Shown: one piece after another, positions 28,701 to 38,119 of the stretch
Position numbering within the stretch: position 1 is the stretch's first letter
Layout: every line of letters starts with the position of its first letter
Source: an uncultured Lachnospiraceae bacterium
Lineage (GTDB): Bacteria; Bacillota; Clostridia; Lachnospirales; Lachnospiraceae
DNA: 64,000 nucleotides
Direction of reading: 5' to 3'
NCBI GenBank assembly: GCA_964544535.1
Contig: CAZJCV010000004.1
Coordinates: 6,602-70,601, forward strand
The notes under the pieces: generated by a model
Database searches by the model: none
What the model saw: the letters and a program-made list of their open reading frames with translations, nothing else
Told to the model about the DNA's origin: nothing
Program-made: the position numbers and the translations under genes

Positions 28701-30151
28701 GAGATAAGGAACCAGATATTGATTTAAACTTTTCTGGAGAATATCAAAGTAGATCCCATGAATATACAGAAACCCTTTTTGGAAAAGGCCATACATTTCG
28801 TGCAGGAACAATAGGTACTATGGCTGAAAAGACAGCTTTTGGGTATGTGTTGAATTACTTTGAAGAAAAGGAAATTCATAAAAGAAGGGCAGAGATTGAG
28901 CGTATAGTATCTGGCTGTGTTGGTGTAAGAAGAACAACTGGCCAACATCCTGGTGGAATAATTGTTTTGCCCCATGGGGAAGATATTAATTCATTTACTC
29001 CAGTACAAAGACCTGCTAATGATATGAAGACCAATATAGTTACCACACACTTTGACTATCATTCTATTGATCATAACTTATTAAAACTTGACTTACTTGG
29101 ACATGATGACCCAACAATGATAAAGACTCTTGAAGACTTAACAGGAGTAGATGCAAAAACTATAAGATTTGATGATGAGAAAGTCTTATCATTATTCACA
29201 GGCACATCTGCCCTTGGTGTTAATTCTAAGCAACTAGATGGATGTAAACTTGGCTCCCTAGGTGTTCCTGAGTTTGGAACAGATTTTGTAATGCAAATGC
29301 TTAGTGATACAAAGCCAACAACTTTTTCCGAGTTAGTTAGAATTTCTGGACTTTCTCATGGTACAGATGTATGGTTAAATAATGCCCAAATTCTTATAGC
29401 CGAAGGAAAGTGTACCTTATCAACAGCTATTTGTACTAGAGATGATATTATGACATATCTAATTAATAAAGGTGTCAAAAGTAGTATGGCCTTTAAAATT
29501 ATGGAATTTGTACGAAAGGGTAGAGGGCTTACCCCTGATATGGAAGATGCAATGATTGAAGCAGATGTACCTGATTGGTATATTTGGTCCTGTAAGCAAA
29601 TTAAATATATGTTCCCAAAAGCACATGCAGTAGCTTATGTTATGATGGCCTTTAGAATTGCTTATTTTAAAGTTTACTATCCTTTGGCTTATTATGCAGC
29701 TTATTTCACTATTCGTGCTACAGCATTTAATTATGAGCTTATGTGCCAAGGAAAAGATTATCTTGAAGTGAAAATCAAAGAATATAAAAAAAGATATAAT
29801 GAACTAACAAAAAAAGAGCAAGATACTCTTAAAGATATGAAAGTGGTTCAGGAGATGTATGCTAGAGGATTTGAATTTGAGCCTCTTGATATATATAAAG
29901 CAAAAGCAAGGGAATTTCAAATAATAGATGGACATATTATGGCATCTTTTAATTCAATAGATGGTTTAGGAGAGAAGGCGGCTGATGCTGTTGTAGAAGC
30001 AGTAAAAGAGGGTCCCTTTACTTCTTTAGAGGATTTTAGAAATAGAAGTAAGGTAAGTAGTACTGTAGTGGAAACAATGGATGAATTAAAATTATTAGGA
30101 GATTTACCTGATTCTGACCAAATGTCATTTATAGATTTTTTAGAAGGATAA
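25712..30151 (+). CDS. polC: DNA polymerase III PolC-type
   Basis: The 1479-aa product has a PHP domain (VELHAHTMMSDMDA), a DEDDh proofreading exonuclease domain (VIFDLETTGF...AHNASFDMSF...HRAVDDA), and a Zn motif (CTSC...CPTCG). Its ATG overlaps the ispG stop (TAATG). Confidence 0.97.
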   Translation: MSNKSTVLFFEVFEGLRNIPKGISDIFQEVLVEKVVLSKAKAILKIYIKSNHIISVKKIRTMEYQLHKQLFSCYSVNIYERYNLSEQYTPNKLMDMYKDSLLEELRQNNILGYNILNNSKIDCKDNQFCFNVEDNFIYKNVCGEFSNYITDVFSNKFGCDINIKYKFYKPKDEKQDTEIVNLDDLKPRKSTNINNNFSVSTSTTVDKKDNSERNKQTKRSRISSKPSYLRNSKDPDIFYGKGFDGESMDIKDIQGEIGEVIIRGKILNTDTRDIRNNKTIVMFSITDFTDSIRCKVFIKTDEVPVLLSFLKKGNYIKLKGLALYDKFEREISISSINGMKTIPDFSVKKLDNNVEKRVELHAHTMMSDMDAVVNVKDLIKRAFEWGHPAVAITDHGVVQAFPEASYALNKKDYPESEWKRLEEFKIIYGVEAYIVDDVKSVTRNSKNQSLKDTYVIFDLETTGFAPSKDRIIEIGAVKLKDGNIIDKFSSFVNPKTPIPFKIEKLTGISDDMVINEPTIDIILPNFLEFCNDSVLVAHNASFDMSFIKNNADDLEIPIDNTVVDTVGLARLLLPNLKNYKLNNIAKHFNISLENHHRAVDDADATAKIFLKFIDMLKEREVSNLNDIDNLNITSNDVIKKMPTYHGIILAKNEIGRVNLYKLISLSHIEYYNRRPRIPKSVFLKHREGLIIGSACEAGEIYQAILRKQTADEVDRLARFYDYFEIQPLGNNEFMIDNDKYDISSKEDLININRKIVQLGEEYNKPVVATCDVHFLDAEDELYRRIIMTGKGFKDADSQPPLYFRTTSEMLDEFAYLGKEKASEVVIRNTNKIAEQIEYISPVRPDKYPPVIENSDKMLRESCYEKAHSMYGSNLPKVVEERLEKELDSIISNGYAVMYIIAQKLVKKSNEDGYLVGSRGSVGSSFAATMADITEVNPLPAHYYCTSCFYNDFDSEEVKKYSGYSGYDMPDKECPTCGQLLSKDGHDIPFETFLGFEGDKEPDIDLNFSGEYQSRSHEYTETLFGKGHTFRAGTIGTMAEKTAFGYVLNYFEEKEIHKRRAEIERIVSGCVGVRRTTGQHPGGIIVLPHGEDINSFTPVQRPANDMKTNIVTTHFDYHSIDHNLLKLDLLGHDDPTMIKTLEDLTGVDAKTIRFDDEKVLSLFTGTSALGVNSKQLDGCKLGSLGVPEFGTDFVMQMLSDTKPTTFSELVRISGLSHGTDVWLNNAQILIAEGKCTLSTAICTRDDIMTYLINKGVKSSMAFKIMEFVRKGRGLTPDMEDAMIEADVPDWYIWSCKQIKYMFPKAHAVAYVMMAFRIAYFKVYYPLAYYAAYFTIRATAFNYELMCQGKDYLEVKIKEYKKRYNELTKKEQDTLKDMKVVQEMYARGFEFEPLDIYKAKAREFQIIDGHIMASFNSIDGLGEKAADAVVEAVKEGPFTSLEDFRNRSKVSSTVVETMDELKLLGDLPDSDQMSFIDFLEG

Positions 30152-30288
30152 AAAAAGCTTTATATAATATTGATGTTTTTATTTCTTCATGTTATTATAA
30201 CTTTGCTAAGTTTATAACTAGCTTTTATATGTTGAATTATTGTATTTAAGGTAGATTAATATAAAATATATTTTATGGAGGTTTTTAT

Positions 30289-32526
30289 ATGAAAGAAGAT
30301 GTTAAAAGGCAAGAATGGTTTGATTTTAAACCAGGAAGCTGGACAAGAGAAGTTAATGTTAGAAGTTTTATTCAAAATAATTATACGCCATATGAAGGAG
30401 ATGAATCTTTTTTAGTAGGTGCAACAGATAAAACCAAATATCTTTGGAATGAAGTATTGGAATTGATGCAGATAGAAAATGAAAAAGGAATTATTGATGC
30501 TGAAACAAAAAAACCTTCTACAATTACAACATTTGGACCAGGTTATTTAGATAAGGAAAATGAAATAATTGTAGGATTTCAAACTGATAAACCATTAAAA
30601 AGAGGGATTATGCCAAATGGTGGTATTCGCGTTGTTAGGAATGCATTAAAGTCATATGGTTATGAACTTGACGACAATATAGAAGAGATTTATAAAAACA
30701 GAAAGACTCATAACGATGGAGTCTTTGACGCATATACAACAGCAATGCGTAAGGCAAGACATTCTGGTATTATTACAGGGTTACCTGATGCATATGGAAG
30801 AGGACGTATTATAGGTGATTATAGAAGGGTTGCCTTATATGGATTAGATTTCTTAATAGAAGAAAGAGAAGAACAAAAGAGATTGTTAGAACTCTCCGTG
30901 TTTGAATCATCTGATATCACATTAAGGGAAGAAATCTCTGAACAAATAACTGCTCTTAAGGAATTGAAGGAAATGGCAGCTTCCTATGGATACGATATAG
31001 GTTTGCCTGCTAAAAACTCTATTGAAGCAACTCAATGGACATATTTTGCATACTTAGGGGCTATAAAAGAGCAAGATGGTGCAGCAATGAGTATAGGACG
31101 AGTTGCTACATTTTTAGATATTTATTATGAAAGAGACTTAAAGAACAAGCTAATTACTGAAGAAGAAATTCAAGAAATAATGGATCAATTCGTAATGAAA
31201 CTTAGAATGGTTAGATTTTTGAGAACTCCTGAATACAATGATTTGTTTTCGGGAGACCCAACTTGGGTAACTGAAGCTATTGGAGGTATGGGTCTAGATG
31301 GAAGAACTTTAGTAACTAAGAGTAGTTTTCGTATACTTCATACTCTTTATAATTTAGGACCAGCACCAGAACCAAACTTAACAATTTTATGGTCTAATAA
31401 CTTACCTAGAGCATTTAAAGAGTATTGTGCAAAGATTTCTATTGATACAAGCTCCATTCAATATGAAAATGATGATATAATGAGAAATCTATGGGGCGAT
31501 GATTATGGTATTGCTTGCTGTGTTTCAGCAATGAAGATTGGTAAGCAGATGCAATTCTTTGGAGCTAGAGCAAATCTTGCAAAAGCCTTGTTATATGCAA
31601 TTAATGGCGGTAAAGATGAGATTTCAGGTGAGCAGATAGGTCCGATGTTTGAGCCTATTACAAGTGAATATTTAGATTATGATGAAGTTATAGGTAAATT
31701 TGACCAAACACTAGATTGGCTTTCCGAATTATATATTAATACACTAAATGTAATTCATTTTATGCATGATAAGTATAATTATGAAAAATTACAAATGGCC
31801 TTACATGATATAAATGTAGACCGTACAGAGGCTTGTGGTATTGCAGGTTTATCTGTTGTGGCGGATTCACTATCTGCTATTAAATATGCAAAAGTTAAAG
31901 TAATTAGAGATGAAAAAGGACTTGCTGTAGACTTTGAAGTAGAAGGTGAATACCCAGCTTTTGGTAACAATGATTCAAGGGTAGATAAAATTGCTGTTGG
32001 TATTACAGAGGTTTTTATGAATAAACTTCGTAAAGTTAAGCCTTATAGAGAAGCAAAACATACTTTGTCAATCTTAACAATAACCTCTAATGTAGTTTAT
32101 GGTAAGAAAACTGGGAGTACTCCAGATGGAAGAAAAAAAGGTGAACCATTTGCACCAGGAGCAAATCCTATGCATGGTAGAGATAAGAATGGTGCTATTG
32201 CATCTATGGCCTCTGTTGCAAAACTTCCTTATCGTCATGCAGAAGATGGTATATCTTATACATTTTCAATTGTACCAAAAGCACTAGGAAAGACAGAAGG
32301 CGAAAGAAAAGATAATTTAGTCGGATTATTAGATGGTTATTTTAAGGATACTGGGCATCATATAAATGTTAATGTTTTTGACAGGGAAACCTTGCTAGAT
32401 GCTATGGAACATCCAGAAAGATATCCACAACTTACTATTCGTGTTTCTGGCTATGCAGTAAACTTTGTAAAATTAAATCGTGAACAGCAACTAGATGTTA
32501 TTAACAGAACTTTCCATGAAAGATAA
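30289..32526 (+). CDS. pflB: Formate C-acetyltransferase (pyruvate formate-lyase)
   Basis: The 745-aa product has active-site CC (IACCVSAM) and the glycyl-radical motif TIRVSGYAV near the C-terminus. Confidence 0.95.
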   Translation: MKEDVKRQEWFDFKPGSWTREVNVRSFIQNNYTPYEGDESFLVGATDKTKYLWNEVLELMQIENEKGIIDAETKKPSTITTFGPGYLDKENEIIVGFQTDKPLKRGIMPNGGIRVVRNALKSYGYELDDNIEEIYKNRKTHNDGVFDAYTTAMRKARHSGIITGLPDAYGRGRIIGDYRRVALYGLDFLIEEREEQKRLLELSVFESSDITLREEISEQITALKELKEMAASYGYDIGLPAKNSIEATQWTYFAYLGAIKEQDGAAMSIGRVATFLDIYYERDLKNKLITEEEIQEIMDQFVMKLRMVRFLRTPEYNDLFSGDPTWVTEAIGGMGLDGRTLVTKSSFRILHTLYNLGPAPEPNLTILWSNNLPRAFKEYCAKISIDTSSIQYENDDIMRNLWGDDYGIACCVSAMKIGKQMQFFGARANLAKALLYAINGGKDEISGEQIGPMFEPITSEYLDYDEVIGKFDQTLDWLSELYINTLNVIHFMHDKYNYEKLQMALHDINVDRTEACGIAGLSVVADSLSAIKYAKVKVIRDEKGLAVDFEVEGEYPAFGNNDSRVDKIAVGITEVFMNKLRKVKPYREAKHTLSILTITSNVVYGKKTGSTPDGRKKGEPFAPGANPMHGRDKNGAIASMASVAKLPYRHAEDGISYTFSIVPKALGKTEGERKDNLVGLLDGYFKDTGHHINVNVFDRETLLDAMEHPERYPQLTIRVSGYAVNFVKLNREQQLDVINRTFHER

Positions 32527-32534
32527 GAGGTGTG

Positions 32535-33281
32535 ATGGAAATGAAAAATACTGGAAGAGTACATTCTTTTGAAACTATGGGTACGGTTGATGGACCGGGA
32601 ATTCGTTTTGTGATCTTTTTACAAGGATGTGCCCTGCGTTGTCAGTATTGTCATAATCCGGATACCTGGAAGATCAATGAAGGTAAAGAATACACAGTCA
32701 ATGATTTGATGTTTGAAATAAAAAAATATAAAAATTATATGGAGGCTTCATCCGGTGGTGTTACTTTCACTGGTGGAGATCCTCTTGTACAAGCAGGGTT
32801 TTTAACAGAACTTGCAAAAAAATGCAAAGAAGAAGGCATCTCTGTAGTAGTAGATACGTCAGGCTTTATATTTAATGACAAGGTAAAAGAGCTTTATGAA
32901 TATACAGATTTGGTTTTACTTGATATAAAAAGTTTTGATAAAAACACCTATCAACTTATAACTGGAGGCAAGCTTTCACCAACACTTGAAACATTAGATT
33001 ATTTAAAAGAAAAGAACATTGAAGTTTGGGTAAGATATGTTGTAGTACCTGAATTAACAGATGATTTAGAAAGTATAAAAGCTTTATCAAATTATTTAGA
33101 TGATTTCCCTAATGTAAGCAAAATTGAGCCCTTAGCATTTCATAAGATGGGTGAGTATAAGTGGGAAGAATTAGGAGAAGAATATAAGCTTAAAAATACT
33201 AAAGAACCAGAGAAAGAATTAATGGAAGAAGTGAAGAAAATATTTGAAACTAATGGTAAGAATGTGATTATAAACACATAG
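32535..33281 (+). CDS. pflA: Pyruvate formate-lyase activating enzyme (radical SAM)
   Basis: The product shows GTVDGPGIRFVIFLQGCALRCQYCHN (CxxxCxxC). The start may be the ATG at 32535 or at 32541, or the ORF-track GTG at 32532. Confidence 0.92.
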   Translation: MEMKNTGRVHSFETMGTVDGPGIRFVIFLQGCALRCQYCHNPDTWKINEGKEYTVNDLMFEIKKYKNYMEASSGGVTFTGGDPLVQAGFLTELAKKCKEEGISVVVDTSGFIFNDKVKELYEYTDLVLLDIKSFDKNTYQLITGGKLSPTLETLDYLKEKNIEVWVRYVVVPELTDDLESIKALSNYLDDFPNVSKIEPLAFHKMGEYKWEELGEEYKLKNTKEPEKELMEEVKKIFETNGKNVIINT

Positions 33282-33294
33282 TTAGGAGGTATAA

Positions 33295-33801
33295 ATGTTT
33301 TTACAACTTGCTCAAAACAGATATTCATTGAGAAATTTTAAAGACAAAGAAATTGAAAAAGATAAAATACGTGCTGTACTTGAAGCAGCAATATTATCAC
33401 CCTCAGCAGTTAACAAACAGCCTCTTCGTTATAAAGTAGTATCTAATGAAACAAAAAAGAGAGAAATAATAGATACTTATCCAAGAAAATGGATTATGAA
33501 TGCTCCTACAATTATAGTTGTTTGTGTAGATCATTCCTTATCATGGAAGCGTAGTGATGGTAAGGATCATGGTGATATTGATGCAGGAATTGCAATCGAA
33601 CATATAGCATTGGCAGCTACAGACTTAGGACTTGGAACTTGTATAGTTTGTAATTTTGATTCTGAGAAGTTAGATAAAAATCTTGATCTTCCAGAACATA
33701 TGGAAGTAGTAGCATTAATCCCCATTGGATATCCTGAAAATAAAGAGATTCCAAATAAGAAAAGAAATAGTTTTGATGATATGGTAAGCTGGGAAGAATA
33801 A
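33295..33801 (+). CDS. Nitroreductase family protein
   Basis: The 168-aa product shows [12 protein letters not shown]...[11 protein letters not shown], typical of the NfnB/nitroreductase fold. The SD AGGAGG precedes the start. Confidence 0.8.
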   Translation: MFLQLAQNRYSLRNFKDKEIEKDKIRAVLEAAILSPSAVNKQPLRYKVVSNETKKREIIDTYPRKWIMNAPTIIVVCVDHSLSWKRSDGKDHGDIDAGIAIEHIALAATDLGLGTCIVCNFDSEKLDKNLDLPEHMEVVALIPIGYPENKEIPNKKRNSFDDMVSWEE

Positions 33802-33825
33802 GGATAAAATAACATTGTTTAATTG

Positions 33826-33866
33826 GGACTTATCTGCAAATCGTGTAGATAAGTCCTTTGGGTATT
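33826..33866 (+). terminator. Hairpin between the nitroreductase gene and mntP (possible terminator or attenuator)
   Basis: A perfect 10-bp stem (GGACTTATCT 33826-33835 / AGATAAGTCC 33847-33856) is followed by TTTGGGTATTT, an interrupted T-tract. Confidence 0.35.
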
Positions 33867-33880
33867 TAAGGAGTATACAG

Positions 33881-34507
33881 ATGAATTCACTAACAATTTT
33901 TGAACTACTTGTAATATCTATAGGAGTTTCCATGGATGCTTTTGCGGTGGCAATATGTAAGGGGTTGTCCATGAAAAAAAACAACATTAAAAGTATGTTA
34001 ATTATTGCCTTATATTTTGGAATTTTTCAAGCACTCATGCCACTAATAGGGTATTTGTTAGGTGTTTCCTTCCAAAAGAGTATTCGTAGTATAGACCATT
34101 GGATAGCTTTTATTTTATTAGGAGTAATCGGTTTAAATATGTTTAAAGAGGCATGGGAATCTAAGGGGTATAAGGTTAAAGAGGATAAATCAACTAGTGT
34201 TTGTCTTGATTCAAAAAATAATGAGATTGACTTATCACTTGGCTTTAAAACTATGAGTATTCTTGCCTTGGCAACAAGTATTGATGCATTGGCAGTTGGA
34301 GTAACTTTTGCTTTTTTAAGAGTTAAGATTCTACCTTCTATTATAATAATAGGTATTGTAACTTTCATCTTATCTTATGTTGGTGTTAAAATAGGTAGTA
34401 AATTTGGTATAAAATATAAATCTAGTGCAGAGCTTCTTGGTGGTATAATACTAATTTTCATGGCATTTAAAATACTATTTGAGCACTTGGAGATTATTAG
34501 TTTTTGA
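33881..34507 (+). CDS. mntP: Manganese efflux pump MntP
   Basis: The product shows [12 protein letters not shown] and [10 protein letters not shown], the duplicated MntP/DUF204 motifs. The ATG at 33881 follows the SD AAGGAG. The ORF-track start at 33815 lies inside the hairpin region. Confidence 0.85.
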   Translation: MNSLTIFELLVISIGVSMDAFAVAICKGLSMKKNNIKSMLIIALYFGIFQALMPLIGYLLGVSFQKSIRSIDHWIAFILLGVIGLNMFKEAWESKGYKVKEDKSTSVCLDSKNNEIDLSLGFKTMSILALATSIDALAVGVTFAFLRVKILPSIIIIGIVTFILSYVGVKIGSKFGIKYKSSAELLGGIILIFMAFKILFEHLEIISF

Positions 34508-34510
34508 GAA

Positions 34511-34539
34511 TTGACAAATAATTGAATAGTCAATATAAT
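34511..34539 (+). promoter_or_regulatory. Consensus sigma-A promoter for alaS (TTGACA - 17 nt - TATAAT)
   Basis: Both hexamers are perfect, at 34511-34516 and 34534-34539. Confidence 0.55.
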
Positions 34540-34621
34540 TAATTATTAGCAGTATAATTGTAAGAAATAAATCTATAATATTTTAAATTATTATATATAT
34601 AATACAGTAGGAGGAAGAATT

Positions 34622-37276
34622 GTGAAAGCATATGGAATGAATGAACTAAGAAAAATGTTTTTGGACTTTTTTAAAAGCAAAGAACATTTAATATTAGATA
34701 GCTTTTCCTTGGTACCAGTAAATGATAAAAGCTTATTGTTAATTAATGCAGGTATGGCGCCTTTAAAGCCTTATTTTACTGGACAAGAGACACCACCTAG
34801 TAATAGGATAGCAACATGTCAAAAGTGCATTAGAACAGGCGATATCGAAAATGTAGGTAAGACAGATAGGCATGGTACATTTTTTGAAATGTTAGGTAAT
34901 TTTTCTTTTGGAGATTATTTCAAGAAGGAGTCACTAGAGTGGTCTTGGGAATTCTTAACTGAGCATATTGGCCTTGAACCAGAAAGATTATATGCATCAA
35001 TATATTTAGACGATACGTCAGCTTATGATATATGGAAGAATGTGATTAAACTTCCAGAAGAAAAGATCTTTCGTTTTGGCAAAGAGGACAACTTCTGGGA
35101 ACATGGCGCAGGTCCATGTGGTCCATGTTCAGAAATATTTTATGATCGTGGAGAAAAGTATGGATGTGGAGAAGAAACTTGCACAGTAGGTTGTGAATGT
35201 GATAGGTATATAGAAGTATGGAATAACGTTTTTACACAATTTAATAGTGATGGAAATGGTAATTATGAAGAATTGACTAATAAGAACATAGATACAGGTA
35301 TGGGACTTGAAAGGCTTGCTACTATAGTACAAGACGTAGGCTCTATATTTGACATTGATGCTATTAAAGTAATAAGAGATAAAGTATGTGATATGGCTAA
35401 TGTGGAGTATGGAAAAGATTTTAAAAATGATACTTCGATCCGTCTTATTACAGATCATATTCGTTCTGTTACATTTATGACAGGTGATGGAATTATACCT
35501 TCTAATGAAGGAAGAGGCTATGTGTTAAGAAGGCTTCTAAGACGTGCAGCAAGGCATGGACGTTTACTTAATATAGAAGATAAGTTTTTAACAAGTCTTA
35601 GTACTATTGTTATTGAAGAATCAAAAAATGCTTATCCAGACCTAGAGGATAGAAAAGAATATATTCTAAAACTAATATCTATTGAAGAGGATAATTTCAA
35701 CAAAACAATTGATCAGGGACTTGGCATATTAGAGGAATTTGAAAGTAAGTTATTAGCAGAAGATAATACAATATTAGCAGGAGAAGATGCTTTTAAATTA
35801 TATGATACTTATGGATTTCCAATAGATTTAACCAAAGAGATACTTGAAGAAAAAGGTATGTCTGTTGATGAAGAAGGTTTCAAGGCTGCTATGGAGGTTC
35901 AAAGGCAAACAGCAAGAGAAGCTCGTGGTGTTACTAATTATATGGGATCAAAAGAGACTGTTTACTTGCAATTAGATCCAAAGCTCCACTCTGAATTTAT
36001 TGGACATAATCTTAATTCAGCCTTCTCTACGATTATTGCCTTGACGACAGAAGATGAAGTAGTAGAAGAATTAAATGAAGCTAATAAAGGAACGATTATT
36101 GTGGAAGAAACGCCATTTTATGCCACAAGTGGTGGACAAGTTGCTGATAAAGGCTGTATATCCACAGACACGGGATATTTTGAAGTTACTGACACTATTA
36201 ATCTTCCAGGAAACAAGATTGGTCATGTTGGCTATGTAAGTAGTGGAAGTTTTAAAGTTCATGAAACTGTCAAGTTATCAATAAATGAAAGACAAAGACA
36301 AGATACTGCAAGAAATCATAGTGCTACTCATCTTTTACAAAAAGCATTAAGAAAAGTACTAGGCAATCATATAGAACAAGCGGGTTCTTATGTTGACAAT
36401 AAGAGACTTCGTTTTGATTTTACACATTTTAAAGCATTAACACAGGAAGAAATTAAAAAGGTAGAAGATATAGTTAATGAGAAAATTCAAGAATCATTGA
36501 TAGTTAATACAGAAGTAATGTCAATAGAAGATGCCAAAAAAAGTGGTGCAATGGCCTTATTTGGTGAAAAGTATGATGACAATGTAAGGGTGGTTTCTAT
36601 GGGTGATTATAGCATGGAGCTATGTGGTGGAACTCATGTTATTAATACATCAAACATTTCTGTGTTTAAGATTGTTGCAGAAACAAGTATAGCAGCAGGC
36701 GTTAGGAGAATAGAAGCTTTAACAGGTAGAAATGTTTATGACTATTATAGTAATGTTGAAAAGACTTTAAATGAAGTTGCTAGCCTTGCAAAAACTGAGC
36801 CATCAAAACTATCTAATAGAATTGAACACTTACTTGAAGAAGTTAAAAGCTTAAATAGTGAAAACAAGAAACTAAAATCAAAACTTGCTAAAGAGTCAAT
36901 AGGAGATGTTTTTGACCAAGTAATAGATGTAAAAGGTGTTAAGCTTATTGCTACAAAGGTAGCAGATGTTGATATGAATGGCTTACGTAGTTTGGGTGAT
37001 CAACTTAAAGATAAATTGCAAGACGGAGTTATTGTATTAACTTCTAGTATAGATAATAAGAAAGTTAATCTTATTGTTATGGTTTCCGATAGTGTAGTTG
37101 AAAAAGGTGTCAATGCAGGAAATATTATAAAAGACTTATCTGCTTTAATTGGTGGAGGTGGTGGTGGCCGTCCAAATATGGCTCAAGCTGGAGGGAAAAA
37201 CCCAGACGGAATGGATAAAGTTATTAGGCAAGCACCATTGGTCCTTGAAAAAAGCTTAAAAATAGTTGACGAATAG
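34622..37276 (+). CDS. alaS: Alanine--tRNA ligase
   Basis: The 884-aa product shows a class II core (NELRKMFLDFFKSKEH), the editing-domain motifs HSATHLL and CGGTHV, and a C-terminal GGGGGRPNMAQAGG (DHHA1). A GTG start lies 6 nt after AGGAGG. Confidence 0.97.
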   Translation: MKAYGMNELRKMFLDFFKSKEHLILDSFSLVPVNDKSLLLINAGMAPLKPYFTGQETPPSNRIATCQKCIRTGDIENVGKTDRHGTFFEMLGNFSFGDYFKKESLEWSWEFLTEHIGLEPERLYASIYLDDTSAYDIWKNVIKLPEEKIFRFGKEDNFWEHGAGPCGPCSEIFYDRGEKYGCGEETCTVGCECDRYIEVWNNVFTQFNSDGNGNYEELTNKNIDTGMGLERLATIVQDVGSIFDIDAIKVIRDKVCDMANVEYGKDFKNDTSIRLITDHIRSVTFMTGDGIIPSNEGRGYVLRRLLRRAARHGRLLNIEDKFLTSLSTIVIEESKNAYPDLEDRKEYILKLISIEEDNFNKTIDQGLGILEEFESKLLAEDNTILAGEDAFKLYDTYGFPIDLTKEILEEKGMSVDEEGFKAAMEVQRQTAREARGVTNYMGSKETVYLQLDPKLHSEFIGHNLNSAFSTIIALTTEDEVVEELNEANKGTIIVEETPFYATSGGQVADKGCISTDTGYFEVTDTINLPGNKIGHVGYVSSGSFKVHETVKLSINERQRQDTARNHSATHLLQKALRKVLGNHIEQAGSYVDNKRLRFDFTHFKALTQEEIKKVEDIVNEKIQESLIVNTEVMSIEDAKKSGAMALFGEKYDDNVRVVSMGDYSMELCGGTHVINTSNISVFKIVAETSIAAGVRRIEALTGRNVYDYYSNVEKTLNEVASLAKTEPSKLSNRIEHLLEEVKSLNSENKKLKSKLAKESIGDVFDQVIDVKGVKLIATKVADVDMNGLRSLGDQLKDKLQDGVIVLTSSIDNKKVNLIVMVSDSVVEKGVNAGNIIKDLSALIGGGGGGRPNMAQAGGKNPDGMDKVIRQAPLVLEKSLKIVDE

Positions 37277-37293
37277 TTATTATATGTTATAAT
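37266..37293 (+). promoter_or_regulatory. Candidate sigma-A promoter for rpsU overlapping the alaS stop codon (TTGACG - 16 nt - TGtTATAAT)
   Basis: The -35 sits at 37266-37271, and the -10 at 37288-37293 has an upstream TG. The alaS TAG is at 37274-37276. Confidence 0.5.
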
Positions 37294-37372
37294 TCTAATA
37301 GTGCTAAAAATATTAAACCCAAACAGTTGTATAAGCACAATACACAACTGGAGGGAGGTTAGGTGTGAGACT

Positions 37373-37546
37373 ATGTCAAATGTTACAGTTAAAGATAACG
37401 AAACTCTAGATAGTGCTCTGCGTCGTTTTAAAAAGAACTGCGCTAAAGCGGGAATTCAGCAAGAGATTCGTAAAAGAGAACATTATGAGAAACCAAGCGT
37501 AAGACGTAAAAAGAAGTCTGAAGCAGCACGTAAACGCAAAAAATAA
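37373..37546 (+). CDS. rpsU: 30S ribosomal protein S21
   Basis: The sequence [57 protein letters not shown] is canonical for S21. The ORF-track start at 37301 is an over-extension. Confidence 0.92.
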   Translation: MSNVTVKDNETLDSALRRFKKNCAKAGIQQEIRKREHYEKPSVRRKKKSEAARKRKK

Positions 37547-37566
37547 TAGTAGGAAAATCATATGAT

Positions 37567-37596
37567 AAAACCCTTGAATATTCAAGGGTTTTTTTT
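37567..37596 (+). terminator. Rho-independent terminator after rpsU
   Basis: The palindrome CCCTTGAATATTCAAGGG (37571-37588) is flanked by AAAA and TTTTTTTT. Confidence 0.75.
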
Positions 37597-37729
37597 CGAC
37601 ATCAAATATATAGAGCCTAAATTAATAGGCATTAATTAAATATAGATAGATTTCTCAAATTTAATCATAGGACATTTTTTTATGCCATATATTTTATAGT
37701 ACTACTCTATTGATTTTAAAGAGGTATTG

Positions 37730-38107
37730 ATGAATAAAATGTTCAAATCAAAACATGAAAAATATAAAAAAAAATATTTTAATTCATTTTATAATAAAAT
37801 AAAAAAGAAAGAAAAACGAGCAGAAAAGGAGAGAGAAACATATTTAAATATTTTATCTAGTACTCTTAATATACCTTCTGACATATTAACTGGGGATCCA
37901 ATTATAACTATAATAGGTAGAAGTGAAATTAGCATAGAAAATTATAGGAGAATAATTGAGTATACAAACAACAATGTAAAAATTCTAACTAATATTGGCA
38001 GCATATCAATACAAGGAAGAGATATGAAAATCTCCTATTTTGGAAAAGATGAAATGAAAATTGCTGGAAAGTTTGAATTAATAAAACATAATGGAGTTGA
38101 TGCGTAA
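37730..38107 (+). CDS. yqfC: Sporulation protein YqfC
   Basis: The YqfC core reads LNIPSDILTGDPIITIIGRSEISIENYRRIIEYTNNNVKI...ISIQGRDMKISYFGKDEMKIAGKF. The ATG at 37730 lies 5 nt after AAGAGG. The gene lies upstream of yqfD. Confidence 0.8.
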   Translation: MNKMFKSKHEKYKKKYFNSFYNKIKKKEKRAEKERETYLNILSSTLNIPSDILTGDPIITIIGRSEISIENYRRIIEYTNNNVKILTNIGSISIQGRDMKISYFGKDEMKIAGKFELIKHNGVDA

Positions 38108-38119
38108 AAGGAGGTTAAT

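Noticed and set aside
26212-29749. Several 60-106-aa minus-strand ORFs inside polC (26212-26421, 26470-26652, 27070-27384, 28491-28811, 28724-28975, 29459-29749).
   Set aside because: All are antisense to a 1479-aa gene with unambiguous PolC motifs. They have no SDs and no recognisable domains.
32099-32287. A 62-aa plus-strand ORF in an alternative frame inside pflB.
   Set aside because: It is embedded in the conserved C-terminal region of pyruvate formate-lyase, has no SD, and its sequence is implausible.
33815-33880. N-terminal extensions in the ORF track (for example mntP from 33815, rpsU from 37301, bactofilin from 18184, pyrH from 19025, rpsB from 14381, proB from 45789, ybeY from 40282 and the spoVB-like gene from 41938).
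   Set aside because: The internal ATG or GTG codons are preceded by good SDs and give family-typical N-termini. The extensions overlap upstream genes, terminators or promoters.
34508-34621. A possible T-box or other riboswitch leader upstream of alaS.
   Set aside because: The gap is only 114 nt. It holds a consensus promoter and an SD, with no specifier or T-box sequence (AANNNGGGTGGTACCGCG-like) visible, so it is too short for a T-box.
34027-36262. Minus-strand ORFs opposite mntP (34027-34368) and alaS (35129-35458, 36071-36262).
   Set aside because: These are shadow ORFs of well-supported genes, with hydrophobic or low-complexity translations.
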